64,000 nucleotides of DNA from Octopus bimaculoides (GCF_001194135.2 NC_068996.1:50588821-50652820), one strand, 5' to 3'. Counted from the stretch's first letter, positions 47,757 to 60,322 are shown. Made by a program: numbers and translations. The notes: a model not told the origin generated them from the sequence alone.

Positions 47757-48568
47757 GGATCTTTCTGATTTGGCAGGCGCCACTTGTTTTCTTAATAAAA
47801 CACTTTCAAACTTGGGACACTGGTAGAATGTACCATATAAAACATATTTTACTCTTAGTGTTATTGAGAAAATTTTATCTTTTTAAAGTTATTTCGTGTT
47901 AAAATTGTTGTATTTCGGTAATTTCAACCAATCACTGACGTCTATTGAGGTGAAAACAATTACTGCTGTGGAATGTAAACAACACCTTCTAGTGGTGTAA
48001 TGGGATCTTTTCCCTTGAATAAAATTAGTGCCGTTGTTTGTCAACAAAAACTATCAGCACTCATAACCNNNNNNNNNNNNNNNNNNNNNNNNNNNNNNNN
48101 NNNNNNNNNNNNNNNNNNNNNNNNNNNCTAACCCTAAAACCCTAACCCTAACCCTAACCCTAACCCTAACTCTAAAACCCGAACCCTAACTCTAAAACCC
48201 GAACCCTAACCCTAAAACCCTAAAGCTAAAACCAGTACAAACGCACGAACGATGTCATAAATAACAGTACCACCAATAGTTGTTGACAAACAATGGCATT
48301 AATTTTATTCCAAGGAAAAGATCCCATTACACCGCTAGAACATGTTGCTTACATTCCATAGCAGTAATTGTTTTCACCTCAATAGACGTCAGTGATTGGT
48401 TGAAATTACCGAAATACGACAACTTTTAACATGAAATAACTTCGAATATAATAATTTTTCTGTTCTATAAGACAAAATATACAAGTATACAAAGTTTTAA
48501 AGTGTTTCGGTAGAAAACACTAAATAAAACATAAATAAAAAGTGGCGCCTGCCAAATCAGAAAGATCC
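47757..48568. mobile_element. Foldback DNA element with long bipartite TIRs, perfect 8-bp TSD (CATTGGCA), GG...CC ends and central (CCCTAA)n
   Basis: 29-bp identical termini GGATCTTTCTGATTTGGCAGGCGCCACTT; inner arms about 47884-48045 and 48280-48443 nearly identical; CATTGGCA at 47749-47756 and 48569-48576. Confidence 0.85.
48128..48235 (+). repeat. Interstitial telomere-like repeat (CCCTAA)n with variant units
   Basis: Read directly; the left edge runs into an N gap. Confidence 0.9.
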
Positions 48569-49868
48569 CATTGGCATAAATAAATATATTTTGGGGTAAT
48601 TGGTTCAAAAGTTCCCTGACCCCTGCTTTAAATACCCTCCAATGGCCTCAAGCAGGCTAAATCTTACAAACTATATTTTGACCAATCAGCATGTGGCTTA
48701 GATGTCGTGATTTGGTGAGCATACCAACTAAGTTCTCATTGTATTTCAACCAATAAGTATGTGGCTAAGACATCACAGTTTGGTGAGCATGTCAAGGATT
48801 CTCTACTTTGATCACACTTAAAGGAATAATTGTTTGGCTGTATTTTGGAATGTTGTAAACAACATTCCTGTTTTCATTGAATTCTATTGTTACCCCAGAA
48901 ATTTTTAGATTTTAATCAATTCAATGTTCATTTGGTCAACTCTACTATCATCTTCCCATCACATTTATTGTTGTTGTTGTTGTGGTGGGGGTAACAGTAG
49001 TAATAGCAGTAGTATTTATTTTTAATATCACCATCATTGTTATAATTAGCACCGTTACTATAACTGTCCATTCAGAACAGGTTTGAATTTATCAATAAAA
49101 TTATTTCCTCTTACTTTACTCTCAATTTCACTTGAGTTGTGTAGTTTGTACAGTGGGAATATTACATACTTTTTCTGACCCCATGTTGCCAGATGGTTGC
49201 TTAAAGGTATCTGACAGACATCAAGGTCCTTAATTTTATATATATATATACATATATNNNNNNNNNNNNNNNNNNNNNNNNNNNNNNNNNNNNNNNNNNN
49301 NNNNNNNNNNNNNNNNNNNNNNNNNNNNNNNNNNNNNNNNNNNNNNNNNNNNNNNNNNNNNNNNNNNNNNNNNNNNNNNNNNNNNNNNNNNNNNNNNNNN
49401 NNNNNNNNNNNNNNNNNNNNNNNNNNNNNNNNNNNNNNNNNNNNNNNNNNNNNNNNNNNNNNNNNNNNNNNNNNNNNNNNNNNNNNNNNNNNNNNNNNNN
49501 NNNNNNNNNNNNNNNNNNNNNNNNNNNNNNNNNNNNNNNNNNNNNNNNNNNNNNNNNNNNNNNNNNNNNNNNNNNNNNNNNNNNNNNNNNNNNNNNNNNN
49601 NNNNNNNNNNNNNNNNNNNNNNNNNNNNNNNNNNNNNNNNNNNNNNNNNNNNNNNNNNNNNNNNNNNNNNNNNNNNNNNNNNNNNNNNNNNNNNNNNNNN
49701 NNNNNNNNNNNNNNNNNNNNNNNNNNNNNNNNNNNNNNNNNNNNNNNNNNNNNNNNNNNNNNNNNNNNNNNNNNNNNNNNNNNNNNNTGTTGGCGTGGGC
49801 TCCCACCCTGGCATCCAAAACTCGGAGTTTTATCATGGCTACTGAATAAGTGTCACATATTTTTACAG

Positions 49869-49899
<31 letters not shown>

Positions 49900-50544
49900 C
49901 CACCTGCACGGGAGCCAGTGCAGGGGGCACGTAAAAAACACCTTTTTGAGCGTGGCCATTGCCAGTACTGTGTGACTGGCCCTCGTACCAGTGGCGCGTA
50001 AAAGCACCCACTACACTCTCGGAGTGGTTGGCGTTAGGAAGGGCATCCAGCTGTAAAAAATTTTTTTATAAAATTTCACTTTCTTAAAATATTTTTATTG
50101 TAAAGAAAGAACAATATTCCAGAGGATATTGACTGCTGGGGGTTTTGGTCTAGTGGGGGATTTTGTTCAGGAGAGATCTTGTCCTAGTACCTATATAAAC
50201 ACATACATATGTAGAAGGCACTTGCCCAAGGTACCACACAGTGGGACTCAATTTGGAAACATGATGAGCTTCCACACAGTTTCCATCTACCAAAATCAAT
50301 AACAAAGAATTGGTCAACCTAGGGCTAGAGTAGAAGATACTTACCACAGTGCTGCATAGTGGGGCTGAACCCAAAACCATGTTGTGAGAAAGCAAACTCC
50401 TTAACTGCACAGCTATACCTGCATGCTCTGACTTATGTACCAGGAGTCAACTCTGACATATTGTATATATGTATATTTATATATATATACATATATATAT
50501 GTATACTTATATATATATATATATTTACACACACACACACACTT

Positions 50545-51700
50545 GCACACACAAAAGGGGCATTTACTAAAGATTTTCCCTGACCCACTTCCCAAAGACT
50601 GGGATAAATGAAACTTGGCATAATTATTAGTCCTTCTTTACATAACCACCACCAATGGTGACACACCTCTCTCATTGCTTTGTGCAGCTGTGAAGACCTC
50701 ATCTGTAGAAGTCGGTAGGTTGTGTCTGGAGCCAAGACTTTACCTTGGAAATAAGTTCGCCATCATCCAAAAAATGCTTCCCCTTCAAAAAAAGACTTCA
50801 TGGTTGGAAAGAGGTGGAAGTCAGATGGCGCGAGGTCAGGAGAGTAAGGGGGATGAGGAAGGATTTCATAGCTGCAGGAGTGTGCTTTCATCTGGGCAAT
50901 ATGCACATTGTGAACTGGGGCATTGTCTCGGACGAGGCAGACTCCTTTGATCAGCATGCCACACCTCTCTGCTTTGATGGCATCCTGCAATTTCTGCAGC
51001 TGAGAAGCATAATATTAATTGTGGTGCCCTTTGCCAGAAAATCCATCATCACTACTCCACGCTGGTCCCAAAAAACTGTGAGTATCACTTTGCCTGCTGA
51101 AGGTTGGACAGGAGCCTTCTGTGGAGGTAGTAAGTTATCATGCTTTCTTTGCTTTGACTGGACTTTAGTTTCAGAACCATAGTGATGGACCCACATTTTA
51201 TCTTGTGTGATAAGTCTGTTGAAAAATTCCTCCTCATTTTCTTGGCACATTGTCAAAAGAACCTAGGACCAATTGACTCGTTCCTGCTTTTGAAAAGGTG
51301 TGAGCGTCTGGGGAATCCATCGTGCAGACAATTTCCCCATTTGCTAATGGTTGTGAATGGTTTTTTTCCACAGACCCTACACTTATCTTCACTTCTTGGG
51401 CTAGTTGCTAAATAGTTATGCGGTGATCCTCTAAAATGGCAGCTTCCACTTTATGGATGGTGTCGTCATCAATATTGGAATGTGGTTATCCAGAAATAAG
51501 AGCAGTCTCCACCGATGTCCAACCACATTTGAACTGTCGATGCTAGTGCTTGACTCCATCGTATGATGGTGCATTATCACCATAAACTTCTTTCATTTCA
51601 TTAAAAGTCTCTTTTGGTGTACAACCTTTCAAGTATAAGAATCTGATCACTAATCTGCATTCAACTGCCTCCATTATAACACCTTAGTCCACTTCAGCAT
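50545..51700 (-). mobile_element. Decayed mariner, irritans (Himar1/Hsmar2)-like transposase pseudogene
   Basis: Start at 51674 (MEAVECRLVIRFLYLKG), ITQDKMWVHHYGSETKVQS, SAGKVILTVFWDQRG, RDNAPVH, HPPYSPDLAPSDFHLF; frameshifts and stops. Confidence 0.9.
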
Positions 51701-52588
51701 CCGTAAAAGACAAACAAATAATGGACAGGTCAATTTACAATATGACATATAGAAACATGTATGATTATACTTGTATAATTTCTGTTTCCTGCAATAACTG
51801 ATAATGTGTGTATATTGTAAAAAAAAACTTCATTAAACTTTTATGCAACCAATCATCAAATGAAAGTTAACTTTTTGAAAATAAAAACAAGGGCAAACAA
51901 GTATGTAAATAAATAAATAAATCTTTTATAGGGAAAATGGGTAAAAGAGAGTTTATGTGAGAAAAGGAAGGAGTGAAGAACTAAAAAGAGTGAAGTTTGT
52001 CTGGGGAGGCATGAAAGCTATGAAGGTTTTAAATAGTGTTTACACAATACTGATGAACATTAGTCAATTCATAACTTAAGTTTGGAAAATATTTAGTAAG
52101 CAAGGCTGAGCTGGAGATGTAGGTGGAAAGCACGTGCCAGAATTTCTGGCATACAAGTTGAATTTCTCAAACCAAAGTTTAATGCCAAAAGAAATAGATC
52201 CTTTTATAAACCAAGTCAACTACAGAGGACCAAAAATTCCATGTAAAATGCAGCAGGATTTGATAAAATAGTAACAATATTTGAATTTGTACACTATATA
52301 TGACATCAAATTGTATGCTAGGAAATATGATATAAGAAATTAGACAGAAAAATGCTTTAGTGTGGTGAGCAAGGAATAATATAGTCATTGTGTTGGGTGA
52401 CATAAAAATACAATTAATATACAGGCACAAAGGAACTGGTCAAAATTAACAGACAAAACATGGTTTGAAATAGCAGGAAAGCATATTAAAAAATGGACAG
52501 AAATGAAGAATTGAAAAATGGAGTAACTTTTATAGTTTATCTTTGATATTTAGGTACTATTTTGTCCACCTTGTTTTGCACTTATATA

Positions 52589-52637
<49 letters not shown>

Positions 52638-53442
52638 CCCACACACATAAATAATGCATAAATAGATATATGCATAATACTTTGGATTGCATTACATTAC
52701 ATAATTATCAGTAGTTTGTATATCCCAAAAAGAACCTCACCCTAAAACATTAAAGTAATAATATATTTTTTTAGGGAGTTAAAAGTTACAGCCAATCACT
52801 GTTAAGTGCTTTATAGATGTGAAACCAACGGCCACTCTATGACCAGCCATAACTTTTAACTTCATCATAGTCGTCATCGTCGTTTAACGTTCACTTTCCA
52901 TGCTAGCATGGGTTGGACGATTTGACTGAGGACTGGTGAAACCAGATGGCTACACCAGGCTCCAATCTGATTTGGCAGAGTTTCTACAGCTGGATGCCCT
53001 TCCTAACGCCAACCACTCCAAGAGTGTAGTGGGTGCTTTTTACGTGCCACTGGCACGAAGGCCATTCAGGTGGTACTGGCAACGGCCATGCTCAAAATGG
53101 TGTATTTTATGTGCCACCCGCACAAGAGCCAGTCCAGGGGCACTGGCAATGATCTCGCTTGAAAGTCCTTACACGCCGCGGGCACAAGTGCCAGAAAGGC
53201 GATGCTGGGCACAGGTGCCATCACAATTTCGCTTTCGCTTTCCCCAATAAGTCTTTGCAAGCTGAGTTTCGTGTCCAATGAAGGAGACGATATTGGCATG
53301 GGTGCCAGTCATCGAATTTAACTCGAATTCGATTTCACTTGCCTTAACAGGTCTTCGCAAGTAGAGTTTAGTGTCCTAAATATATATATATATCTAGCAA
53401 TATTAAATCTCTGAGCAAGAAGTAAACAGTAGCAGTATGAAA

Positions 53443-53861
53443 TCATAAAATATAATTGCCAACTAGATGTGGCAGTCCTATAGAGGATGATGCTACTGTT
53501 GTTTTTAACCCCAGGAGGGCATCTCTTTCACTTCTCAAAGATTTAATATTGCTTATTTCTCCTTTTTTGAGATCAGGAACTGTTTGTCACTGGAAAAAGC
53601 ATAAAGTATTTTTCATGTGGAAAGAGTTGTCATCACTACCTCGTGATTATCATGCACTGATGATGGGTTACTTTCCAGAAACCTGAGTCCATGTGTATCA
53701 CATAAGGCTAGAGATGGGAACAATGATTTCCCCTCATGAATACTAATCAGACACAGACAGTGTGTCATTAGCCAGCTGAAGATGTCCTCCTGGGGCTAAA
53801 ATCAACAGTAACATTGTCCTCTATGGGACCGCCACATCTAGTTGGCAATTATATTTTATGA
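53443..53861. mobile_element. About 420-bp MITE with about 85-bp TIRs
   Basis: TCATAAAATATAATTGCCAACTAGATGTGGC...CCCCAGGAGGGCATCT is mirrored at 53777-53861. Confidence 0.8.
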
Positions 53862-53893
53862 GATATATATATATATATATATANNNNNNNNNN

Positions 53894-55420
53894 AGCTCAC
53901 CAAGGATCAATTCTCAGCTCTCTCCTGTTTATCATGGTCCTCCAGGAAATAACAGAGGAATTTAAGTCAGGGGAGCTCCTCTATGTTGATGACCTTGTTC
54001 TTATAGCTGAATCACTACCAGAACTAGAGAAGAAAGGTCTGGAATCAAAGGATCTTAGAGTTAATGTAGCAAAGACTAAAGTAATGGTAAGTGGGAAAAC
54101 AGAGAAATCACAGATCCCTTCAGGGAGATGACCCTCTCAGTATGTAAAAAAGGTGTAGGTAGAAACTCCATAAGATGTACCTGATGCAAGCTATGGACAC
54201 ATAAGAGGTACAGCAACATCAGAGGAAGATAAACAGGGAAACTAGTCTTTGTGTGTGGAAGATGCACAGGTACAATAAACACTATAAGTATACAGAAAAT
54301 AGATTCTGTGAAATGCCTGGGGGTGATACTTAAAAGTAGTTGACAGCTTTCATTAAGTGGGTGACCAAGTCAACAGTGGAAGTGGATGCCCTGAGAGTGT
54401 AGCTTCTAGAATAAGAATAGGTTGGTAAAAGTTCAGAGAGTTTCTACTTTTGTTGGTAACAAAAGGCCTCTCTCTCAGAGTGAAAGGCACTGTATGATTA
54501 CGTGTGAGAACTGTCAGACTACATGGCAGTGAAACATGGGCTGTGACACTGTAGAGGACACATGTGGCGTTTAGTGACAGACCGTCGTAAGCACCACAAC
54601 TTAAAAGCTAAGAAAAACGCAGTCAAAGTTTCACGACATTCAGAATGCAATACCTCAGACAGGAATGAAGTTAGGAAGCTGGTTTTGATCTTAAAATGAC
54701 CGTGAAGACCTCTAAGCATTCCACCTATGTAAAATTATTTATGTATGTATCCGAAAGATGGAACAATAACTGCATCTTTCTCATTTTGTAGAATATACTA
54801 GTACTACAAAACGGTGTATTTGCCTTGAATATTTTAGCCATGATACTTAGAAAAAACATACAGAGACCCACCAAAGGTATTGTTTCTGTTTTAATATACC
54901 AAGGTATCTTTAAGGGGTAAGTAAGACAAAATAGTAAGATAATAGCCCATTATCGAGGAATATTAGAAAATGAGCCATAACACCTTGAAAAACGATACAG
55001 GGACAACACCAAAGTTTTTGATTGAGTGTGTGTGCTTACAATGGTGTGTTACTAAATTCTCTGGTCTGAGTTTGGGTGAGTGAGCATTGTGTAAATAGCG
55101 TCGAGGTACAAATTTTTCAGCTGGATTTTCGACTTTATTGCAAGCCTCACAAGTTCTTCCTCCCAACTTTTTCAGATTCTAGACATTGAGACAAAGAAAA
55201 TGATATACTAAGCTTGAAAATGGCTGGGGTGGCACTCATGACACTCTAAACACCTCATGTGAAAGCTTGAAAGAAATGAATCTAGTATGCTTCACTGGAT
55301 GTGCAATGTCAGTATGCATGTACGACAGAGTGTGAGTATCTTGAGAGAAAAATTGGACACGAGAGGCATCAGATATGGTGTGCAAGAGAGATGACTGTAC
55401 TGGTATGGTCATGTGATGCC
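53894..55420 (+). mobile_element. Decayed RTE RT fragment, split by a 689-bp TIR element at 54566-55254
   Basis: HQGSILSSLLFIMVLQEITEEF..ELLYVDDLVLIAES; RTE homology stops at 54565 and resumes at 55255. Confidence 0.85.
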
Positions 55421-55949
55421 ACTCTTGAAATTGATGGGCAAATGGCTGAGCACTCCACAGACACATGAACCCATAACTTAGTTTTCAAGGAGGTTCAGTA
55501 TGACACAGAATGTGACAAGACTGGCCCCTTTGCAATATAGATACTACTCATTTTTGCTGGCTGAGTGGACAGGAGCAATGTGAAATAAAGTGGTTTGCTT
55601 AAGGACACAATGCACTGTCAGGAATTGAACTCACAACTTTACAACTGCAGACTGATTACTCTAACCACTAAACCATGCACCTTCACAGTAAATAATGATG
55701 CATTTTTGAAATGTAGAAACATCCTTGGTGGAATTGATGCCACCCATTTGAGATGCAATATTAGTCCTTTTTTCTCTTATCTTTGTCTCAGTCATTGGTG
55801 AGCAGTAAAACCACTGGGAATGAGGGACCCCTTGCTGTTATCACAGCATTCTTCTAGGAGAGGGGCACTCATACATACATACATACATACATACATACAC
55901 ACATACATACATACACACATACATAACGAAAACAAGGCGGAAAACATTG

Positions 55950-56340
55950 ATCCAAAATGCCTTTGAATGTCGCCATAGCCAGTCATAATAAAAGTGAAGA
56001 CCTCAATAAAATGTAAACTTAATAGACCTGATATAATGATTTGGGATAGAGAAGAGGAATTGTTTATAGTTGTAGAAATCAGTTGCCCAGCAGATGTTAA
56101 CATAAAGCTGAAGATCAGTGAAAAAGAGAACACTTATGCTGAACTATTGAGAAATTTGCAGTTACTCTATCTGGATTATAAGTTCAGGTTTATACCTGTA
56201 ATTATTGGGGCCCTGGGATATGTAACACACTGCCTAAATACCAATCAGAAAGGAGAAAGATAATTCAAAGACTACAGGTCCAGTCCATCACTGGAACTGT
56301 AAAAATCTGTAAAACTTTCCAGAAGTTTATCATTTAAATA
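55950..56340 (+). mobile_element. 3' fragment of an RLE-type non-LTR retrotransposon (R4/Dong-like), restriction-like endonuclease domain
   Basis: NRPDIMIWDREEELFIVVEISCPADVNIKLKISEKENTYAEL...IPVIIGALG fits the PD..D/ExxxP..EKxxKY..IGALG pattern. Confidence 0.8.
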
Positions 56341-56409
56341 TATTTGAGTATGTCTAGATATGCAACTATATGTATGAGAATACATACATGAAACATACAA
56401 ATCTGCACA

Positions 56410-56442
<33 letters not shown>

Positions 56443-57449
56443 GCATACATACATACAAAAATACCTTGTTGTTGATGTTGAAATTCCAATGAAGGAGCCT
56501 TGGTTCTAGGTTAGAAACTGGTTCTTTCTCTTTTGGCAAGAAATCTTGAAGCAAAACTGAATAACTGCATATATACATAGAAATAGACTGATGGATATAT
56601 TGATAGAGAAAGATAAAAACTGCAAAAGTACAGAATACTTTTTAAAAACTTTTTGTTCATAAAAATAAAAATTTTCAATGTGGCCATTGCCAGTACTGTG
56701 TGACTGGCCCTCGTGCCGGTGGCACGTAAAAGCACCCACTACACTTTCAGAGTGGTTGGCGTTAGGAAGGGTATCCAGCTGTAGAAACTCTGCCAGATCA
56801 GATTGGAGCCTAGTGTAGCCATCTGGTTTCACCAGTCCCCAGTTAAATCGTCCAACCCATGCTAGCATGGAAAGCGGACGTTAAACGATGACGATGATGA
56901 TGAATTGAACTGCACAACATTTTATGAGTAACACGGGTGGCTTTGTGGATACTGCTTGAGCAGCTGCCCACCCTAACTGTCTGTAAGCCCAATCTTACCC
57001 CAAGTCAGTTAAATTACTTTGTTTTTTTTGCTGATGCTGACACAAATTCATACTTCATGGAAGGTTATGTAGGAGTGGGTGTGATGGTGGTGGTGGTGGT
57101 GGCAATGGTGGTGGCAGTTATAGTTGTAGTGGGTGGAGGGTTTAAAAGTGTTTTATCTATAATCCATCTTTGGAACTTGAAAGTCATAGACTGAAATGTA
57201 AACATAAATTCAAGAGATGTTAATTAGCCAACCATTAGAGGCCTTTATTATGAAAAGGAGACGAAATAAAAGCTGAGTAATCTTGTTAATCCGAAGATTA
57301 ATAAGAGAAAAAAAAAAATACCCAATAGCTTCCCCCCACAGCGCCCGTCATCCACTCCACTCTCACAAACACGTCACTTTTATTTTTACTTCAACCACTG
57401 TGACAATGTAGTTAAATCCTAAATCAGAGATTTAGATCCATAATGAACA

Positions 57450-57463
57450 GTTTCCATAGCAAC
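57450..57463. promoter_or_regulatory. RFX X-box (GTTTCCATAGCAAC)
   Basis: Exact match to GTNNCCATRGYAAC in unique, CpG-retaining sequence. Confidence 0.55.
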
Positions 57464-58012
57464 AGTTTAAGCCCCTTAAGTATTAAATAGGTTACTACCT
57501 AAAATTTCAAACGAGTTTGTCATTTCTACTCTTAGTTCCAGCAGAGATGTGTTCTCTCCTGACACTTGCAGATTCGAATGACCAAAGCCACAATACTTTC
57601 AGGTGTCCGAACAGAAAAAAACAATCATATTTACAGGTAAATGTATATTCTTCTTCATCTTTTAATTACGTTTTATTCAATTTTTTCTTTTTGGTTTGTT
57701 TAAAAAGCAACAATATGTGCATTGACAATAAACAAAATTTTTAATTTTTCAGTTGATTTCTATTGCAAGAATATAACATTTTTCAAAATTTTTTTTGTGT
57801 GGGGGTGAAATGGTAACTATTCTTTAAATTTCAGAAACCTTTCAAATACCCTCAAAAGAAAATTCTTTCTTAAAAACAAGCATGTTTTATATCATGTAAT
57901 TTTATTCAAATGTTGTCAGAAAATGATTGAAAGGGCTTTTTGAGAGTTTGAACTTCCCTCACTCTTTTCAATCAATCTAAAAAAAATCTATCTGTCTGAC
58001 TGTTTGCCTGTC

Positions 58013-58088
<76 letters not shown>

Positions 58089-58387
58089 GTCTGTCTATCT
58101 ATCTAGCTAGCATGCTCTTTGTCTATCTGTCTGTCTCTTTATATGTCTATCTGTTTATATGTCTGTCTGTCTATTTGTTTGTTTGTCTAATTATATATAA
58201 TATATATAACAAACTTAGTGTATACAGTGCTCAGGTGTGTTACAACTCATCAGAAAAAGTAACCAGAACTGCATGAACAGCACATACAATAATACACAAA
58301 AAGATTTATCTACCTAGCTAGCAAACTGTTTGTCTGTCTGCCTGTCTCACTCTCAGTCGGTCTAACCATCTATCTGTCTGTCTGCTA

Positions 58388-59649
58388 TTCGGTTGTCAAG
58401 AAAGTTCTTGTGGTTTTTAACCTTTAAATTCAGATGCACATATCTCGGCTCAAACAAAACTTTATTAATCGAAATAAACACCATCAGAATCAACACACTT
58501 TTGCCAACGCGAAACATGTTTATTTATGCCAGTAGCATAAAAATCCTGCGTTCTGGTGGTGATGAAGTCGTTGAAGGTGTGTTTGGCATGGTCTTGGTTT
58601 TTGAAGCATTTCTCATGCAGGAAGTTGTCGAGATGCTTGAAAAAGTGGTAATCGGCAGGTGAGAGATCTGGTGAGTATGGCAGATGAGGCAGAGTTTTGT
58701 AGCCCAATTCGTTCAACTTCTGTGGCTGAGCATTGTCGTGGAGAAGAACTGGTCCTTTTCTATTGACCAATGCTGGTTGTTGTTGTCGGAGTTTCTTATG
58801 CATTTCATCCATTTGCTGACAGTACTTCTCCGCTGTAATGGTTTCGCCTGGATCCAAAAAGCTCTGATGGATGAGACCGGCCACTGACCACCAAACAGTC
58901 ACCATGACCTTCTTTTGGTGCAACTTTGGCTTCGGGAAGTGCCGTGGAGCTTTGTTGGTGTCCAACCACTGAGCTGAGCATCGCTGGTTGTCGTAAAGAA
59001 TCCACTTTTCATCGCAAGTCACAATCTGGTCAAGAAACGGGTTGTTCTTGTTGTGTAAAAGAAGGGAAGACGATACTTCAAAACAGAGTTTTTTTAGTTG
59101 TCCTTGAATTTATGTGGCACCCATTTCTCAAGTACTTTTGTTTTTCCAATCTCTTTCAAGTGGTTGGAAATTGTCGTATATGTTACGTCTAATTCAGAAG
59201 CAAGCTCTCGAACAGTTGTGCGTGGATTGGCTTCAACTAAGACTCTTAGTTGATCATTGTCAACATCCGATGGCCGACCACTACACTTATCATCTTCAAG
59301 ACTCTCATCACTGCTACGAAATTTCTTGAACCACGATTGTGCTGTACGTTCATTAGTGATTCCTGGGACAAAAGCATTGTTGATATCGCGAGCTGTTTCA
59401 GCAGCTTTTCAGCTTCGCTTGAACTGGAGTAAGAAAATTGTGCAAATTTGCTTTTTGTCTATGTTGTATTCAACGTTCCAGAAAACATGGCCTAATTATT
59501 CAAAAAACAAAAAAAGTAACACGATTAGATAGAGCGAAAAATGGGCTTTAAAATTATATATAAAGTCAAAGTAATTTAACAAAAATTAATTTGAAAATAC
59601 ATCATTTAAAACCAAGATTAAAAATTCCGCAAGAACTTTCTTGATAACT

Positions 59650-59652
<3 letters not shown>
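58388..59652 (-). mobile_element. Near full-length mariner (1265 bp), Hsmar1/cecropia-like, inactive transposase
   Basis: TIRs TTCGGTTGTCAAGAAAGTTCTTGTGG and CCGCAAGAACTTTCTTGATAACTTAT, TA on both sides; ORF 58465-59022 with TCDEKW, HDNA and [11 protein letters not shown], and a deletion after HDNA. Confidence 0.92.
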
Positions 59653-59717
<65 letters not shown>

Positions 59718-59890
59718 GTCCATCTATCTATCTGTCTGTCTGTCTGTTTATTTATCTATCTACCTCTCTGTCTGTCTATCTATCCATCCATCTATCCATC
59801 CATCCATCCATCCATCCATCCATCCATCCATCTATCTATCTACGTGTCTGTCTGTCTATATGTTTGTCTCTCTGTTTGTATATCTATCTG
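59653..59890. repeat. Compound (TCTA/TCTG/TCCA)n microsatellite (a similar tract at about 57990-58185)
   Basis: Read directly. Confidence 0.95.
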
Positions 59891-60126
59891 TCTAATTATA
59901 TATAATAAATAATAATGAACTAATTATATACAGAGCTCAGATGCACAACACCTCATCAGAAATGGTAGCCAAAAACGCAGTACAGTACTCAGATAATTCA
60001 GAGAAAGAACTATCCATCCATCCATCTTAGTATTTTTGTGCCTACACATGCATACATACGCATGCACACACGAACACACACACACACGGATACAAATCAA
60101 CTCTAAATAAATATCTATTTACAATT

Positions 60127-60178
<52 letters not shown>

Positions 60179-60322
60179 ACACATATAATATAACACCATT
60201 CAATTTTTTTTCTCTGTGTTTTTCTCCTTGTTTTCTCCGTATTCTTTCTGTTGAAGAGNNNNNNNNNNAACAAGGAGAAAAACACAGAGAAAAAAAATTG
60301 AATGGTGTTATATTATATGTGT

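Larger units (their letters stand above)
47164..48625. mobile_element. Non-autonomous hAT-like element hosting the foldback element
   Basis: Ends AAGGGGTCGGTGAAC and GTTCCCTGACCCCTG; 8-bp TSD CTTCAAAT/CTTTAAAT. Confidence 0.6.

Noticed and set aside
48128-48235. (CCCTAA)n as a true telomere or chromosome fusion site
   Set aside because: The array is short and degenerate and is enclosed by TIRs and a TSD, so it is transposon cargo.
54566-55200. Two phase-compatible minus-strand exon-like segments (..LVTHH|CGMLRGLHG..)
   Set aside because: They lie inside a TIR element nested in an RTE, the first frame has a stop right after the acceptor, and the peptide resembles nothing I recognise.
58230-59975. 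CTGATGA motifs on the minus strand of the two 130-bp direct repeats (about 58250 and 59950)
   Set aside because: Both copies have GAGC where a hammerhead needs GAAA.
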